Positions 55,606 to 59,966 of a stretch of DNA of 59,966 nucleotides are shown here, piece after piece (the first letter of the stretch is position 1; the number at the start of each line of letters is the position of its first letter). Position numbers and translations under genes: made by a program. Below the pieces are notes generated by a model that was given only the letters and a program-made list of their open reading frames with translations, was not told where the DNA came from and made no database searches. The stretch spans positions 1-59,966 of the forward strand of contig CAAGJS010000088.1 in NCBI GenBank assembly GCA_900770275.1. Reading direction: 5' to 3'. Source of the DNA: Erysipelotrichaceae bacterium (GTDB lineage Bacteria > Bacillota_I > Bacilli_A > Erysipelotrichales > Erysipelotrichaceae).

Positions 55606-56982
55606 ATGAATAAAGAAGCGATTAAAAGCCGGGTTGAAAGTTACCGTGACGAGCTGGTCAGGCGGCTTGGGGTCCTTGTGTCGATTCCCTCGGTGCAGGG
55701 TGCTGCTGAAGAGAATGCGCCGTTTGGGAAAGGGCCGGCGGCGGCTTTGGATGCGGCACTTGACATGCTGGCGAAGGACGGGTTCAGGACATGCAACGTC
55801 GACCATTACGCAGGCTATGCGGAAATGGGCAACGGCGACAAACTGATCGGCATTACGGGACATCTCGATGTTGTGCCGGCAAACAGGGAAGACGGCTGGC
55901 ATACGGATCCTTTTACGATGGTTGAGAAGGACGGCATTCTGTACGGACGCGGCGTTTCGGATGATAAGGGGGCCGTTGTCGCAAGCATGATTGCGATGAA
56001 GGTGCTCAAGGATGCCGGTGTACCGATGAATAAGCGGGTGCGTCTGATCATGGGAACCAATGAGGAAACCGGCTCCAAAGGCATCCAGTACTATGTTCAG
56101 AAGGAAGGACATCCGGACTATGGCTTTACGCCGGATGGCGAGTTCCCTGGCGTCTATGGGGAAAAGGGCATCATGGGAGCTTCCTATTCATCGAAGAAGA
56201 CTTCGATTCTTGCGATTGACGGCGGTACGGCGACCAACATTGTGTGTGCCAAGGTGACCTGCAGGGTGGCGAAGAATTCCTATTCCGGCAAGACGCTGGG
56301 CGATTATTTCAACAATAATGATATCGAATTCTCCATCGAAAACGGTGAGGACGCAGATACGATCACGGTGCTTGGAAAGGCGGCGCATGCCTCGACGCCT
56401 GATCAGGGTGTCAATGCGATTTCGTGGCTGTTTGCGGGGCTGCGGGAAGCTGGCTTCCAGGATCCGTTTGTCAATTTCTATAACAGTCATTTTGGTCTGG
56501 AGACGGATGGTGCTTCGCTTGGCATCAAGCTTTCGGATGAGTATGGTGCTCTGACGCTGAGCAATGGCGTTATCCATATGCAGGATGGCGTGATCCATGG
56601 CAGTATCGATATCCGCTTCCCGGTTACGATGACGGCGCGTCAGGTAACCAGGGCGATGAGCGGACATCTGGAAGATGAGGGCGGTGTCATTGAGGTGCAT
56701 AATGCGGTGGAGCCGCTGTTCTTTGCGCCGGACTCTCCGCTGGTTTCAAAACTTGCGGAAGCCTACGTTGAAATGACCGGTGATACGGAGCATCAGCCGA
56801 TGACGATCGGGGGCGGTACGTATGCGAAGACGATTCATAATACGATTGCCTTTGGATGTGCGTTCCCGGATGTGGACTATCGGATTCACAATGCGGATGA
56901 GTGGGTGCGTGTCGATGAGCTGCTCTTGCAGGCGGAGATCTATGTGCAAGCCATTCTGAAGCTGATGGAAATTGAGGGATGA
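55606..56982 (+). CDS. pepV: M20 dipeptidase (PepV/Sapep family)
   Basis: GHLDVVP, GRGVSDDKG, NEE, FTPD.EFP..GEKG, GGGTYA and H.ADE motifs. Confidence 0.92.
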   Translation: MNKEAIKSRVESYRDELVRRLGVLVSIPSVQGAAEENAPFGKGPAAALDAALDMLAKDGFRTCNVDHYAGYAEMGNGDKLIGITGHLDVVPANREDGWHTDPFTMVEKDGILYGRGVSDDKGAVVASMIAMKVLKDAGVPMNKRVRLIMGTNEETGSKGIQYYVQKEGHPDYGFTPDGEFPGVYGEKGIMGASYSSKKTSILAIDGGTATNIVCAKVTCRVAKNSYSGKTLGDYFNNNDIEFSIENGEDADTITVLGKAAHASTPDQGVNAISWLFAGLREAGFQDPFVNFYNSHFGLETDGASLGIKLSDEYGALTLSNGVIHMQDGVIHGSIDIRFPVTMTARQVTRAMSGHLEDEGGVIEVHNAVEPLFFAPDSPLVSKLAEAYVEMTGDTEHQPMTIGGGTYAKTIHNTIAFGCAFPDVDYRIHNADEWVRVDELLLQAEIYVQAILKLMEIEG

Positions 56983-57827
56983 AGAAAACAGCGATTGTTT
57001 ACGATTTTGATAAGACGCTGAGTCCACGGGATATGCAGGAGTTTTCGCTGATCCCGTCTCTTGGCTACGAACATGCCGCCGACTTCTGGAAGGAAGTGAC
57101 GGCTCTTTCGCGTGAGCAGACGATGGATCCGATTTCGGCCTATCTGTATCTGCTGCAGAAGAAGTTCCGTGAGCAGGGACAGCCATTGCGGAGAGAGAAC
57201 TTTGCCAAGGTGGGCAAGGGGATTCAGCTGTATCCGGGCGTGGAGACATGGTTTGATCGGATCAATGCCTATGGCCGTACGCAGGAGCTGGAAGTGGAAC
57301 ACTACATCATTTCCAGCGGGATGGCGGAGATTCTGGAGGAAACTTCGATTGCCCATCATTTTCGGAAGATCTATGCGTGCCGGTATTTCTATGATGCGGG
57401 TGGCGAGGCCGTTTGGCCGGCGGTGATCGTCAACTATACGACGAAGACGCAGTACCTTTTCCGCATCAACAAGCAGGTGCTGGATGAGGCAGATGAAGAG
57501 GATCTGAATACCTGGATTCCCTTTAAGGAACGGGCCGTTCCGTTTTCGCGGATCATCTATATTGCGGACGGGATGACGGATGTGCCGTGCATGCGTCTGG
57601 TGAAGGAGTATGGTGGCCGCTCGATTGCGGTGTATGACCCTTCTTCTGCCAAGGCAAGGTCGACGGCTTCGCGTCTGATTCGTGAGGGCCGGGCGGATTT
57701 CATGACGGCGGCGCAGTATGGTCCTGGCAGCGGAGCGGAAAAGCTTGTGGAAGAGATTCTCGATGCAATGGGCGCCGAGAGTGTTCTTGACGATCGGGAA
57801 GGAAAGACGGATGAAGAAGCCAGTTAA
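56979..57827 (+). CDS. HAD superfamily hydrolase
   Basis: YDFDKTL, YIISSG, KTQYLFRINK and DG.TDVPCM motifs. Confidence 0.88.
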   Translation: MKKTAIVYDFDKTLSPRDMQEFSLIPSLGYEHAADFWKEVTALSREQTMDPISAYLYLLQKKFREQGQPLRRENFAKVGKGIQLYPGVETWFDRINAYGRTQELEVEHYIISSGMAEILEETSIAHHFRKIYACRYFYDAGGEAVWPAVIVNYTTKTQYLFRINKQVLDEADEEDLNTWIPFKERAVPFSRIIYIADGMTDVPCMRLVKEYGGRSIAVYDPSSAKARSTASRLIREGRADFMTAAQYGPGSGAEKLVEEILDAMGAESVLDDREGKTDEEAS

Positions 57828-58602
57828 GAATAGAAAAAGTAACGGGAAGCCCAGGAGAGCGACTAAAAAGCAGACCAATGCAGGAAATCGGACGGCTGGC
57901 CTGTTGAGTGCGGTCATTATTCTTGTGGTCCTGATCTTTGGTATCTATGTTCTGTTTCTTCGTCCTTCCAGCGGGCGGAAGGTGATCGTTCTTGATCCGG
58001 TGCACGGGCAGGATAATTATGCGTTGAAAGGCATAGTGAATGAAGATGCCTTCAGCCGTCAGCTGTGTGACGAGATTTCGACGCAGCTCAAGGCAACGGG
58101 ACGCTACGATGTCGTTATGACGCATGATGCGGATACGATGATGAGTGTTAAAGACAGGGCGGACATCGTCAACAAAAGCAACGGGGATCTTCTTATTTCC
58201 ATCGGCTGCTGGGACAGCTCCTATATGGCGGCAACGGGGCCGAAGATCTTTGCGGATAAGCCGGCAGATAAGCAGAATGAGAAGAGTCTTTCCTTTGCCA
58301 ATGAGCTGAATCAGGTGTTTCAGGAGGCTGGGCTGAGCAGTTCGGTTTCCTATCTTTACTATCATCAGCTGGCCAATGGACGCGATTCGGAACGGATTGT
58401 GGATACTTCGGATACGACGGATTACGGCGAGGAGACATTTGCTCTTTTGGAACAGACGGATGTGCCGGGCGTTGTGGTGCGCCAGATCGACGTCAACAGT
58501 CAGAGTGATGTGGATGCCTATAACAGTGAAGAGGGTACGAAGCAGCTGGCGGCAGATTATGTTAAGGCGATTGATGCCTGGTTCGGAGCGGAAAATGGGT
58601 GA
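57811..58602 (+). CDS. Membrane-anchored N-acetylmuramoyl-L-alanine amidase (Amidase_3)-like protein with a degenerate active site
   Basis: Basic N-terminus and TM, IVLDPVHG, E, RAD..N...DLLISI and LL..T.VP.V motifs. Confidence 0.75.
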   Translation: MKKPVKNRKSNGKPRRATKKQTNAGNRTAGLLSAVIILVVLIFGIYVLFLRPSSGRKVIVLDPVHGQDNYALKGIVNEDAFSRQLCDEISTQLKATGRYDVVMTHDADTMMSVKDRADIVNKSNGDLLISIGCWDSSYMAATGPKIFADKPADKQNEKSLSFANELNQVFQEAGLSSSVSYLYYHQLANGRDSERIVDTSDTTDYGEETFALLEQTDVPGVVVRQIDVNSQSDVDAYNSEEGTKQLAADYVKAIDAWFGAENG

Positions 58603-59296
58603 TCTGAGCAATGCGGAGCGTTTTCTGAATGCATATGCGCGCTGTGAGCAGGCGCTGAACCGGAAACAGAAGTCATTGGAATATAAGACGTTCAATGTGC
58701 TGCTGAAGGAATGTTCCGAAAAAGATCCGGTCGTTCGCAATCACATAGAGGAGCTGAAGGAATATGCGCAGCTTCGGAATGCGATCGTGCATCAGCGGGA
58801 TCGGTATTTGGAAATCATTGCGCAGCCGACGGATGCGGTGACGCTTCGTTTTGAGCATTTGGCGGATCTGTTGGATCAGGATCTGGAAGTGATGCGGTTT
58901 GCCAGTTCCCCGGTTCTGACGGCCAGACCCACCGATTCGGTGGAAGAAGCCTTTGAGAAACTGAACCGGCTGGGTGCTGACAAGCTGCCGGTCTATTCGG
59001 AAAAGAGTGTGTTTCTTGGCCTTGTGACGATGGCGGAGATTGCGTCCTGGGGTCTGTATGATCGTAATCCGGAACATCGGGTGGAGCAGCTGATCAGGGC
59101 GAAAAACGGGGATCGTGTCGTCTTTCTTGCGCGGCATGATTCGATCATGAAGGCGGCAGATGCCTTTGCGGAAGGCAGGCGTGAGAAAAATGTGACGCCG
59201 GTCATTCTGATTACGGAGCACGGGAAAATGAATCAGAAGCCGGTTGGAATTCTGACGTCGCGCGATCTTCAGCAATGGATTTCCTACCTTTCTTAA
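58595..59296 (+). CDS. CBS-domain protein
   Basis: Helical N-terminus (NAERFL..LRNAIVH) followed by a CBS pair (LPVY..GLVT, GILT..DL). Confidence 0.85.
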   Translation: MGDLSNAERFLNAYARCEQALNRKQKSLEYKTFNVLLKECSEKDPVVRNHIEELKEYAQLRNAIVHQRDRYLEIIAQPTDAVTLRFEHLADLLDQDLEVMRFASSPVLTARPTDSVEEAFEKLNRLGADKLPVYSEKSVFLGLVTMAEIASWGLYDRNPEHRVEQLIRAKNGDRVVFLARHDSIMKAADAFAEGRREKNVTPVILITEHGKMNQKPVGILTSRDLQQWISYLS

Positions 59297-59408
59297 AATG
59301 TCAGAAAACGCATATTCATGCGTTTTTTCTTGCATAAGGGCAAACCGCAGGCTACAGTAAATGTGTCAGAGAAATGACAGAAAGTTAAAAAGGAGATAAT
59401 CAATCAGT

Positions 59409-59702
59409 ATGGCAAAGGAAGTAAAGGTTCTGACCAAGAAAGATCTTGCGGAAGGTCTTGCCGAAAAGGAAGGACTGACGAAGAAGGCTGCGGCAGAGAT
59501 CGTCAATTATGTTTTTGATGAGGCGGCTGAGACGCTGAAAAATGGCGGCTCTGTCGATATCAGCGGTTTTGGTAAGTTCTCGGTCAAGGAGAGAGCTGCC
59601 CGTACGGGTATCAATCCGCAGACCAAGGAAAAGATTGAAATCAAGCCTGCCAGGGTTCCGGCGTTCAAGGCTTCCAAGACATTGAAGGATCTTGTAAAGT
59701 AA
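59409..59702 (+). CDS. hup: DNA-binding protein HU
   Basis: GFGKF.V.ERAARTG.NPQT and PAFKASK.LK motifs. Confidence 0.96.
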   Translation: MAKEVKVLTKKDLAEGLAEKEGLTKKAAAEIVNYVFDEAAETLKNGGSVDISGFGKFSVKERAARTGINPQTKEKIEIKPARVPAFKASKTLKDLVK

Positions 59703-59715
59703 GTCTTTCATTCTG

Positions 59716-59744
59716 TGACGGTGCTTCGGTGCCGTCATTTTTTT
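59716..59744 (+). terminator. Terminator after hup
   Basis: TGACGGTGC-ttcg-GTGCCGTCA followed by a T tract. Confidence 0.8.
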
Positions 59745-59778
59745 GTCCTGAAGAGGTCGGCGGTGCTAAACTGAATCT

Positions 59779-59966
59779 ATGGAAAAGACTATTCTGACAG
59801 GAACGTATTCGGAACGTGGAAGTAAGGGGATTTATGCGTGCAGGTTTGCGGAAGGTCACTTGGATCAGCCGACGGTATTTGCCGGGGTGAAGGCTGCCAA
59901 GGCGATTGCCGTGGATCCGGACAGCGGCCGTGTTGCCTCGGTCATGGAGGAAGGCAATGAGGCTGG
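59779..59966 (+). CDS. 3'-truncated lactonase (6-phosphogluconolactonase-like beta-propeller)
   Basis: ATG 59779 reads MEKTILTGTYSERGSKGIY, matching the GTY..S.GIY N-terminus of the family; open to the window end. Confidence 0.7.
   Translation, partial: MEKTILTGTYSERGSKGIYACRFAEGHLDQPTVFAGVKAAKAIAVDPDSGRVASVMEEGNEA

Overview
About 60 kb of chromosome from a Firmicute; gene content and style suggest Erysipelotrichaceae (Solobacterium/Bulleidia-like), which is an inference. Most of it is housekeeping: the 3' part of an rnf operon, tRNA-His, ktrBA, a 2-hydroxyacyl-CoA dehydratase pair, a divergent threonine cluster (thrC-thrB-ACT regulator / hom-lysC-asd), ecfAA'T-truA, rplM-rpsI, trmD, a free-standing tRNA-Ile/tRNA-Ala pair, ispD, a D-amino acid aminotransferase, comFA/comFC, secA-prfB (with programmed frameshift), several peptidases, xth and HU. 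Accessory DNA includes an AT-rich Sel1/DUF4253 island, a decayed ketopantoate-reductase gene and a RelB/RelE-type toxin-antitoxin pair with a frameshifted toxin. The most notable locus is a four-gene surface cluster at 26.5-35.5 kb: a secreted PepX-like hydrolase, a 2023-aa thioester/isopeptide adhesin whose pilin domains are split by large inserts of an unfamiliar repeat and which has no C-terminal anchor, a class B sortase, and an Ig-like membrane protein. Also notable are an unexplained ~490-nt structured unit with a 9-codon leader ORF at 52.0-52.5 kb and a minimal RnfB preceded by a small Cys-rich partner. No CRISPR array, rRNA or intact transposase was seen. All family calls come from motif recognition, not database searches.
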